Both the position numbers and the translations under genes were made by a program. From an uncultured virus (IMG/VR IMGVR_UViG_3300048836_000416) (lineage: Duplodnaviria; Heunggongvirae; Uroviricota; Caudoviricetes): a stretch of DNA of 64,000 nucleotides. The stretch lies in the IMG/VR virus record IMGVR_UViG_3300048836_000416, one strand, 5' to 3'. Below the pieces are notes generated by a model, which did no database searches, was not told the origin of the DNA, and was given only the letters and a program-made list of their open reading frames with translations. Position 1 is the stretch's first letter, and each line of letters starts with the position of its first letter. Shown here one piece after another: positions 50,547 to 58,031 of the stretch.

Positions 50547-50977
50547 ATCCATACCCAAAGCAAGAAAAACGAATCACCCGGGAAGAGGCCCTTAAACTGG
50601 CAGATGGAGAGTTCTCGCTTATGATGCGGGCTTACCACTCCGTAGAAGGTTTTGTGACCTGTTGTACGTGTGGGCTACGTATCGAGTGGAAGGGAACTGG
50701 TACGGCTCACTGGGGGCACTACAAGAACAGAGGGTATATGTGGACCCGGTGGGACCCCAACAACGGAGGCCCTCAGTGTGAAGGCTGTAACTCTTTCGGC
50801 GATGGGATGGAAGATCAAATGAGGAAGTATTTGGTTTCGATGCACAGCGAAGCCGAAGTTGTCCGGATCGAGACTGAATATAAGAGGCTTTTGCAGGCCA
50901 ATGTTTATGATATCATTGACTTGGCCGACAAATTTAGAGAGAAGAAAAACGAAATTATAATTGAGAAAAAACTTTAA
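50543..50977 (+). CDS. NinG/Rap-like recombination endonuclease
   Basis: AD.EFS..R...CCTCG...HWGHY..R..TRWDPNN..QC..CN. Confidence 0.85.
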   Translation: MNPYPKQEKRITREEALKLADGEFSLMMRAYHSVEGFVTCCTCGLRIEWKGTGTAHWGHYKNRGYMWTRWDPNNGGPQCEGCNSFGDGMEDQMRKYLVSMHSEAEVVRIETEYKRLLQANVYDIIDLADKFREKKNEIIIEKKL

Positions 50978-50978
50978 T

Positions 50979-51236
50979 ATGCAAACTTATTACATCGACA
51001 ACACCTCCGGCTCTATCCGCAACCTCCTCCTGATCCAAAAGTATTTATCCTCTGGAGCACTTGAGGTTGTGGACTTTGACTTGACTGCGCCGCTACCTTG
51101 GTTTACCGGAACAAAGGAAACGGCAGAATCGCTTGTAGATTTCTTGGCTACACAAACTTCCGACAGCATTTACATATACGACGACGAGGCCAATATTATC
51201 GCTTCCACAAGAAAGACGGGCACCGACAAGATATGA
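50979..51236 (+). CDS. Hypothetical protein
   Basis: ORF coupled to the methyltransferase start. Confidence 0.55.
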   Translation: MQTYYIDNTSGSIRNLLLIQKYLSSGALEVVDFDLTAPLPWFTGTKETAESLVDFLATQTSDSIYIYDDEANIIASTRKTGTDKI

Positions 51237-52618
51237 GGTACGCAACCTTTTGCTCCGGGATTGAGGCGCCAAGTGTGGCTTGGCACTCATTAGGTTGGGA
51301 GCCGGCGTTCTTCTCTGAGATCGAACCATTCCCTTCGGCCGTATTGGCCCATCATTACCAAAACACCCCGAACGTCGGGGATATGAACCTGTTTTATGAA
51401 AGAGCAAAACACGATGCAGGATATGTGGAAAGCCTTGGGCATATCGACCTCGTATGCGCTGGCACCCCCTGCCAATCATTCTCCCTCGCCGGACTCCGCA
51501 AAGGACTGGACGACCCTCGTGGGAACCTGGCGCTTGTCTATCTGGGAATTGTTGAGAGAATTAAGCCGACATGGGTCGTTTGGGAAAATGTCCCCGGGGT
51601 GCTTAGTTCATGGTCAGCCGTTGGCGAGGCGGATGAAAATGGTGAATGGGAAGAAACAAACGATTTCACAACCTTCCTTGCAGCGCTTGGGGAACTCGGG
51701 TATGGGTATGCGTGGAGAATCTTGGACGCTCAGCACTTCGGAGTCCCACAGCGCCGTCGTAGAGTCTTTGTTGTCGGATATCTTGGAGACTGGAGACGTG
51801 CCGCAGCAGTATTATTTGAGCGCGAAAGCGTGTCAAGGTATCCTTCGCCGGGCAAACGCTCGGGGAAGGCAGTTGCCGCGCTTACTGCAAATGGAGTTGG
51901 AACGTGTGGCGCAGATGACACACAGTGCCAGTCAGGACATATTATGATTGCCGCTGGCCAGTCTAATGCTGAAATATCGGAGGACGCCAGTTCAACGCTT
52001 AATTGCAACCATGAAGCGCCGATTATCTTTGATTCAAAACAATCCGTAACCCAACGCTCTGTCCCTGGTCCGTTGTCCAACACTCTTGATACAGACGCCG
52101 GATCATTGGCGGTTATGGTGGACTTCCAGAACAATGCGATTGATGATGTTTCGCAAACCCTTCAATCGCAAAACAAATCCTACTCACTTAACTCACTTCC
52201 TTCTGTGATGTGTCTCCAGTCTGGAGATGGGATTGCGCCAACACTTACGGCGCCCAATACTACAAAATCAGTGGTCGATGGGAAGCGCCAGGATGGTTCG
52301 AGGCAAGATAAACAGCCGATTGTCTTTCAGGACAAAGCGAGTACCCTGACGGCAGGGTACTCGAAGAACTGGAACGATGGAATGAGCGAGTCAATGCTTG
52401 TGTCAAGCAAAAGCAACCTTCGTCGCATCACCCCAGTCGAGGCAGAGCGGCTACAAGGTTTCCCTGACAATTACACACTGATCCCGTTCAAGAAAAAGAA
52501 AGCCGCCGACGGGCCCCGGTATAAGGCAATTGGAAACTCAATGGCCGTCCCTGTGATGAAGTGGCTTGGTGAACGCATCCAATTAGTTCAAGACTTAATC
52601 GACAACAAAGAGATATGA
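51233..52618 (+). CDS. DNA cytosine-C5 methyltransferase
   Basis: Motifs I FCSGIEA, IV GTPCQSFS, VI ENV, VIII QRRRRVF, IX RRITPVEAERLQGFP, X YKAIGNSM. Confidence 0.95.
   Translation: MRYATFCSGIEAPSVAWHSLGWEPAFFSEIEPFPSAVLAHHYQNTPNVGDMNLFYERAKHDAGYVESLGHIDLVCAGTPCQSFSLAGLRKGLDDPRGNLALVYLGIVERIKPTWVVWENVPGVLSSWSAVGEADENGEWEETNDFTTFLAALGELGYGYAWRILDAQHFGVPQRRRRVFVVGYLGDWRRAAAVLFERESVSRYPSPGKRSGKAVAALTANGVGTCGADDTQCQSGHIMIAAGQSNAEISEDASSTLNCNHEAPIIFDSKQSVTQRSVPGPLSNTLDTDAGSLAVMVDFQNNAIDDVSQTLQSQNKSYSLNSLPSVMCLQSGDGIAPTLTAPNTTKSVVDGKRQDGSRQDKQPIVFQDKASTLTAGYSKNWNDGMSESMLVSSKSNLRRITPVEAERLQGFPDNYTLIPFKKKKAADGPRYKAIGNSMAVPVMKWLGERIQLVQDLIDNKEI
51588..51947 (+). CDS. Nested +1-frame ORF, putative second methyltransferase polypeptide
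   Basis: LSDILETGDVPQQYYLSAKACQGILRRA is MTase-like sequence in the alternative frame; frame open from 51396; start codon uncertain. Confidence 0.65.
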   Translation: MSPGCLVHGQPLARRMKMVNGKKQTISQPSLQRLGNSGMGMRGESWTLSTSESHSAVVESLLSDILETGDVPQQYYLSAKACQGILRRANARGRQLPRLLQMELERVAQMTHSASQDIL

Positions 52619-52944
52619 ACCAACAAGAAATGGATCAAACCCTCGCCCGGCAGAAACACCTGAAAGAGAAAGGCTTGCTGGAGAACGAGATCATGGGCGA
52701 CTACTCCACCGACATTGCCGGTAAACGAAAAACTCAGGGCTGCTTTTGCGGAGACTGCAAATACTTCAAGTCCGGCAGGGTTTTTGAGAATAAAGAAGTT
52801 GTCGCGTATGAGATATCAGGTAAGTGCTCAAACTCACTTTCCGAAGAACAAGAAGTAATGGCCGATATTGGCCGCGATTGTCCACACTTTAAAGAACGCC
52901 GAATATGGAAAAAAACATCGTTACCCAATTCATCACCCCGGTAG
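52615..52944 (+). CDS. Cys-cluster hypothetical protein
   Basis: CGDCKYF...GKC...CPHF. Confidence 0.6.
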   Translation: MNQQEMDQTLARQKHLKEKGLLENEIMGDYSTDIAGKRKTQGCFCGDCKYFKSGRVFENKEVVAYEISGKCSNSLSEEQEVMADIGRDCPHFKERRIWKKTSLPNSSPR

Positions 52945-53128
52945 AGGACCCATCTATCCCTTCCGACAAAGTAGTTTGCCGCGATTGCGGTGTACAAGTC
53001 CCTGCAACTTTTATCGAAATGACCACCCATCAACAGAACGAAGGGACCTATCCTGCTGACACTGTTGCAGGATTCAAACAAAAACCGTAATTTTGCTCAC
53101 TCTTTTTGTTAACAAAACAATTTTTTAA

Positions 53129-53605
53129 ATGAAACACCTGCTTTGCTTGGCCCTGACCTTGTTCCTGGCCGTCACGCTTTCCGCCCAAAGCGGTTCGGCG
53201 TTTTACCACAACCATACGGACACGAATGATACGCTCGGCGCTAATTCTACGTTCACGTATGACTTCAACACCCTGACCACTTTGTTCGGCGTATCGGCCG
53301 GCTCCCGCGACATCACGGATACGTGGTCGTATTCCGTCACCGTAGAGGCCGACTCGCTGAGTGGCGCCGCTGCCGACAGTTCGACGGTCTTTCTCCAGGT
53401 TTCCAACTCCCCGGTCACTGACGCTAACCCGGTTTGGGTAAGTATCGAAGATGATGAAATCGACGGAACCACTACCCAAGTTTTCCATTATACTGGAGAC
53501 ATCGTGGAGCCGCGAATGCGCCTGCTCATTTACTCCAAGTCCGGCACTAAAGCCATTGCGCTCCGCTCGTACATTACCGTAAAGCGGAAGTATAAAACCC
53601 GGTAA
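53129..53605 (+). CDS. Exported beta-rich protein in a stand-alone transcription unit
   Basis: Signal peptide ...VTLSA|Q; TAATTTTG at 53088; terminator at 53635. Confidence 0.75.
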   Translation: MKHLLCLALTLFLAVTLSAQSGSAFYHNHTDTNDTLGANSTFTYDFNTLTTLFGVSAGSRDITDTWSYSVTVEADSLSGAAADSSTVFLQVSNSPVTDANPVWVSIEDDEIDGTTTQVFHYTGDIVEPRMRLLIYSKSGTKAIALRSYITVKRKYKTR

Positions 53606-53634
53606 ACGGAAAAAGATAATCAAGAACCGATCAG

Positions 53635-53670
53635 AAAGGGCGACACGAGGCGGTGTTGCCCTTTTGTTTT
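53635..53670 (+). terminator. Rho-independent terminator
   Basis: AAAGGGCGACAC-loop-GTGTTGCCCTTT followed by TGTTTT. Confidence 0.75.
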
Positions 53671-53674
53671 AAAT

Positions 53675-53893
53675 ATGGATACACTCTACTTCCTTTTCCC
53701 TCTTTCATTTATGCTGATCTGGTGCGGCTTCAAGTTGCTTGACATTGCACTTGTTGATCTCGCAATCAGTTTATCCCGGCCCCTGTCTTGGGAGTTCTGG
53801 GATATGGTAATTCAACTCTTATATGGGGTGTTTTATTTATTAACCGGATCGGCGATATTGTTTTTCTCGCTAAACGTTTTACCTTTGCAATAA
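53675..53893 (+). CDS. Small two-TM membrane protein
   Basis: 72 aa, hydrophobic. Confidence 0.5.
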   Translation: MDTLYFLFPLSFMLIWCGFKLLDIALVDLAISLSRPLSWEFWDMVIQLLYGVFYLLTGSAILFFSLNVLPLQ

Positions 53894-53905
53894 AAATAAC
53901 ATTGC

Positions 53906-55615
53906 ATGAATAAAGAAGTATTAAACTACGACGCAAAGCGTCTTGATGCTGTTACCGATATCGCCTCCCTTGTTGCCACCACCGCAGGCCCCTATGGGCA
54001 GAACGTGGAATTTATTGGCGGCGAATCCCCGTTGATGATCCGTGACGGATACAAGGTGCTCCAGAAATTCTCTCCGGCCGACGACCTTATGCTTGGCCTC
54101 AAATTCAGAATGCAGGAAGCAGCCTACCGGACTGTCCGTGCTGCCGGTGACGGCTCCACTACCACCACCATCTTAATGAGGTGGATTTACGAAAATGCGA
54201 TTGACTGGATTCACGAACAAAAGGCAGAAGAGAATAACTCCCCGTTCCCTGTCTCTCGCCGGGACATCGCCAATGGTATCCGCCATGCCGGTAAAATCTG
54301 CGTGGAAGCGCTGGAGAACGCCGACAAGATCGACATTACGACCGACAAAGGCAAGAGCCTCCTCCGCATGGTCGCCACCCTGGCCGGCTCCAACGACGCG
54401 CAGATCGGTAACGCCATCGCCGAAATTATCATCGCTATCGGGAAAGACGGTTACGTAATGACCGAGTACGACCCCAACATTAAGGAGATGTCGTATGAGA
54501 TCAAAAGCGGATACACAATGCCGTATGGCCTGATCCACAATACCATGCTTCCTCGCGGGCGGAAAGACATCACGATCCAGGACGCCTATGTTGCCGTCTG
54601 CAAAGACCTGATCAGCACGGTTGATACTCTCCGGCCAATAATTATGGCCTGGAAGGAATACTGTCAGAGGGAACAATCCATCTTCCCCTTGGTGCTGATT
54701 GTCCCCGGTATCGACGCCGACGCCATGGCTACTATTCTGAATCGGAGTATGACCGAGGACCGCAAAGGTTGGGAGAATCCAATCTGGTCCCTGCTTCCAG
54801 GCATACGCCTGCCCTGGTTCTGCGTAAAAGTCCAAGCGGTAAATGAAGTGTGGGAGGATATCGAGGCCATTACAGGGGCCAAAGTATTCTCCTCCCGGGA
54901 AAACCGGAGCGTGAAATACTTCAAACCAGACTCCGGGATCGTGATGCCTTCCATCGTTTTGTCGATGGAGCAATCTGTCCTTCACATCAACACCGAAGCG
55001 CTGGAAACCTCCGGCATCGTGAGCCGACTGAAAGAATCCCTGGAAGGCGCTGAGGACCGCCAGGCGCTCGAATCACGCATCGCCCGGCTTGAGGGCCGCG
55101 TTGGTGTAGTTCGTATTCCTGTCCACTCTCAGGCGAAACGCTCCTGGACCGCCGAGGTATTTGAAGATGCTTACTTGGCCGCAATATCGGCCATCGAAAA
55201 AGGAATCGTGCCCGGCGCCGGGAAGAAACTGATCTCGCTCGGCGAGAAAGTGGGGGCTACCCGTTTCAAAGCAGTCTCGCCTTCTTATGCTGCCGGACTC
55301 GCCGCAGTAGGCGCTTCGCTGTCTAACATCTTTCGGACCCTGCTGGAGAACGGAGGTGTGCCGGTGAATCGTATTGAAGGTATTGTTAATGTGTTGTCCC
55401 AAAAAGATGACTGGTCAACCATATCATTAAACGACTCCATGCTGTCGAACCTCTGCGGAGAAGTACCTATCCAGGCGATGCTCGAAGATGGCCGCAAGAC
55501 TGGGGTCATTGACTCCGCCGCCGCTGTTTCTGCTGCTATCTCCTCTGCCTGCGAAGAGGTTGCAGACTGGGTAGAGACAAGCAAGTGTGTTGTTCCCGCT
55601 TCTTACCGGGGATAG
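53906..55615 (+). CDS. groEL: Phage chaperonin GroEL-like (divergent)
   Basis: TAGPYGQNV, IRDGYKV, AGDGSTTTT, RIARLEG, GIVPGAG, GVIDS. Confidence 0.9.
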   Translation: MNKEVLNYDAKRLDAVTDIASLVATTAGPYGQNVEFIGGESPLMIRDGYKVLQKFSPADDLMLGLKFRMQEAAYRTVRAAGDGSTTTTILMRWIYENAIDWIHEQKAEENNSPFPVSRRDIANGIRHAGKICVEALENADKIDITTDKGKSLLRMVATLAGSNDAQIGNAIAEIIIAIGKDGYVMTEYDPNIKEMSYEIKSGYTMPYGLIHNTMLPRGRKDITIQDAYVAVCKDLISTVDTLRPIIMAWKEYCQREQSIFPLVLIVPGIDADAMATILNRSMTEDRKGWENPIWSLLPGIRLPWFCVKVQAVNEVWEDIEAITGAKVFSSRENRSVKYFKPDSGIVMPSIVLSMEQSVLHINTEALETSGIVSRLKESLEGAEDRQALESRIARLEGRVGVVRIPVHSQAKRSWTAEVFEDAYLAAISAIEKGIVPGAGKKLISLGEKVGATRFKAVSPSYAAGLAAVGASLSNIFRTLLENGGVPVNRIEGIVNVLSQKDDWSTISLNDSMLSNLCGEVPIQAMLEDGRKTGVIDSAAAVSAAISSACEEVADWVETSKCVVPASYRG

Positions 55616-55656
55616 ACTCCAAGTATTCGCTCACCATTATCAAATATTTTCTAATT

Positions 55657-55881
55657 ATGGAAGAATTGACCTTTGGCCAAAAGGCGGTTGGCCGCAATTT
55701 CAATCCGTCGAACGACCCATTTGTTGACAAAATGAAACAGCATTACGCTGACATCATTGATCAACTGAATGAACTCCGCAATCAGACGCAGAACGAGGGA
55801 GTAAGGCGTCATGCTGAGCAAGCCATCATTATGGCAGAAGATGCTCAAATGCGAGCCGTTAAGGCTATCACCTGGAAATAA
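55657..55881 (+). CDS. Acb2/Tad1-like helical-hairpin protein (putative anti-defence)
   Basis: TFGQKAVG.NFNPS ... RHAEQAIIMAEDAQMRAVKAITW; family resemblance recalled, not searched. Confidence 0.55.
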   Translation: MEELTFGQKAVGRNFNPSNDPFVDKMKQHYADIIDQLNELRNQTQNEGVRRHAEQAIIMAEDAQMRAVKAITWK

Positions 55882-55890
55882 CCAGGTGTC

Positions 55891-55961
55891 GCGGATCAAA
55901 GTAGTGTGGCTCTACTCCTGTCTACTAAGCAGGCAACACGGTTCGATTCCGGATTTCCGCG
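55891..55961 (+). tRNA. Atypical or pseudo tRNA, anticodon ACT
   Basis: Acceptor GCGGA/TCCGC, D-stem GTAG/CTAC, anticodon arm CCTGT-CTACTAA-GCAGG, T-loop GGTTCGATTCC; acceptor and T stems have mismatches. Confidence 0.55.
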
Positions 55962-55974
55962 CAAAATTGTTGAA

Positions 55975-56265
55975 ATGTTCTACGCAAAAAAATCAGTACC
56001 CATGCCCGGGCGCCTGCTCGTCGAAGTCATCCAATCGGACGGCACAGACGACACCCTCGGGATCATACTACCTCACGCGCCTGCCGATACCGTGATGGCA
56101 AGGATTGTTCGGTCGTCGGATGAAGAGAAATTTCCTACCGGTTCGGTTGTGATGTACGACCGGCTTCACGGAAAGGAAATTACGCTCCTTGACGACGCCG
56201 GTGATCCGGTGAAGTACAAGGTCATCCAAACGGTTGACATCTCATTGATCCTTTCCGATGATTAA
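55975..56265 (+). CDS. groES: Co-chaperonin GroES-like
   Basis: PMPGRLLVE...GIILP...G.VVMY..G.EI...YKVI...DI; 96 aa from the ATG at 55975. Confidence 0.8.
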   Translation: MFYAKKSVPMPGRLLVEVIQSDGTDDTLGIILPHAPADTVMARIVRSSDEEKFPTGSVVMYDRLHGKEITLLDDAGDPVKYKVIQTVDISLILSDD

Positions 56266-56884
56266 GATGCCACCCAACAAGGTCCTTGTTCGCCGCCTCG
56301 GCCTACAAGACTCGTTTGAAGGCATCCAGGCTTCCGACCATGAAGACCGGGAACACTGGATGCTTTCAAATGTTGGTGTTGTAGAGGCTGTCTGCGACTC
56401 GCTACACTTCACCAGAGACGAGGTGATGTGGCTCAAGCATATTGGCCGGCCGGCGCGAGAGATTGCGGAGGCCACCAGGGCATCGTGCCTTTTCAACGCC
56501 CACGTCGAAGCGAAGGTTGGCGACTTGGTAATCTTTCGCCGGGTGAATAATGTCAACGCCGACGAGGTGTTCGAGAAAGACCGGTTGGTTGTTCCGCACG
56601 ATGACTTGATTGCCCGGGTAAACCCAGATGGGTCCTTGTATCCGCTATGTGGTAATGTGATCATCGAGGATCGCCAGGAAGCCATCACAAAAGTAATCGC
56701 CGCTGGCAAACCGCTGCTTGGGTACTTTGACTTCCTTGGATACGCCGATCCGGACGTTGACCTGGTTGGCAAAACCGTCGCCCTGAATCACCGCCAGTCG
56801 GCGCCGGTATCCGATAATGTATTCTCTGACTTCAAACTATTGGCCTACATCAAGCGCCGCCACATCTTACTGACTGTCGAATGA
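56258..56884 (+). CDS. Tandem GroES-like domain protein
   Basis: PPNKVLVRR...GVVEAV...VEAKVGDLVIF...DLIA, then PLCGNVIIE...VIAAG...VG..V...HIL. Confidence 0.65.
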   Translation: MIKMPPNKVLVRRLGLQDSFEGIQASDHEDREHWMLSNVGVVEAVCDSLHFTRDEVMWLKHIGRPAREIAEATRASCLFNAHVEAKVGDLVIFRRVNNVNADEVFEKDRLVVPHDDLIARVNPDGSLYPLCGNVIIEDRQEAITKVIAAGKPLLGYFDFLGYADPDVDLVGKTVALNHRQSAPVSDNVFSDFKLLAYIKRRHILLTVE

Positions 56885-57198
56885 TAAAAGAACTGATCCG
56901 CCGCCACAAAAAGAAAGTCGAACTTTTGATCCAGGAAATCGAGCGCCCAGTCCCGTACCGTAAAAAGTATTCTCCGGTTATTGCGCTGTATTCTTTCTTC
57001 GGCCTATTCGTTACGTATGTGCCCATAAAAAGAACTGATAATGGCTTTATGAAGCCAGAAACTGCTATCGCGTTCCACTGCTTTACCTCTGACGAGGTTG
57101 ATACAGTTGAGGAGGCTACGGAACTTGGTGTGGAGTTTATGGAATGGTGGGATCAAAAACTTGCCTATTACGAGCGAAGGAGGTTCGTCAATAAATGA
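56881..57198 (+). CDS. Hypothetical protein
   Basis: ATGA overlaps at both ends. Confidence 0.6.
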   Translation: MIKELIRRHKKKVELLIQEIERPVPYRKKYSPVIALYSFFGLFVTYVPIKRTDNGFMKPETAIAFHCFTSDEVDTVEEATELGVEFMEWWDQKLAYYERRRFVNK

Positions 57199-57827
57199 GA
57201 CACAATCCAGAGGCAGTCCCAGATGGGATGAAGATATGGGAATACTTCTCTGAGTTTCGGCAGCGCCCGGAACTCTGTGGGAGCGATACGATTGGGTGGC
57301 AAGAAGGAGAAAGATATGTTTCCCCGGACGATGACGACTTTGATCAGATGGTCCGGTTTGTGGTGTATATGGCAAGCCAAGAATCCCCGCACTATTTTGT
57401 CTCTGACTACAAATCGAGGGTAAAGGTCTGCCTTAACGCGGCAAATATTAAACAAAACGGTTATGTATCTGAATTGATCATTAACCACCATTGGTGGTAT
57501 CGCCGGACATTAATGGTCTACCTCCAGACCTTTGCGCCGACTGAGTTTTCGGACTGGTTGGTTTCCAAGGCGATGATTTATAACATGATGGAGATCATCA
57601 TGGAGCGCCCCCCTACCGATGGCACAGACCGAAAAGGGTACGTTAAGGCCCAGGCAGACGCCTCCTCGGAGGTAGAGAACCTGAGAAGCAAAATCACCCG
57701 GCTTGAGGCAATCCTGTTTCCGGTGGATGAAATGCGCCAAGCGGTCGCTACCCAGGTTATGTTTGATGAAGTGAACACTGCGGAGTCTTATGCCCGCGAT
57801 TTTGATAACAATGAAAAATTTGTGTGA
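57195..57827 (+). CDS. Putative terminase small subunit
   Basis: Helical 210-aa protein just upstream of terL; call is mainly positional. Confidence 0.4.
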   Translation: MRHNPEAVPDGMKIWEYFSEFRQRPELCGSDTIGWQEGERYVSPDDDDFDQMVRFVVYMASQESPHYFVSDYKSRVKVCLNAANIKQNGYVSELIINHHWWYRRTLMVYLQTFAPTEFSDWLVSKAMIYNMMEIIMERPPTDGTDRKGYVKAQADASSEVENLRSKITRLEAILFPVDEMRQAVATQVMFDEVNTAESYARDFDNNEKFV

Positions 57828-58031
57828 TGCAACTATGGGACAACATAAATAAACAGTGGCTAACGATTATGTGGTTATTCCTTGACGATGACGGCAACCT
57901 ATTCCATGTACGCGCAAAAGTCCCTGGCGAATCTCCTCTTGACCACGGTTGGTTCGACTTCAATGACGAGAAACTTGAGCACATCTCCATAAACGGCGCA
58001 ATAAGCCACAACCCCAACATGGCGCCAAGGA

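Noticed and set aside
55906..55974. N-terminal extension of GroES in the ORF track
   Set aside because: Overlaps the tRNA-like element; ATG 55975 gives a normal GroES length.
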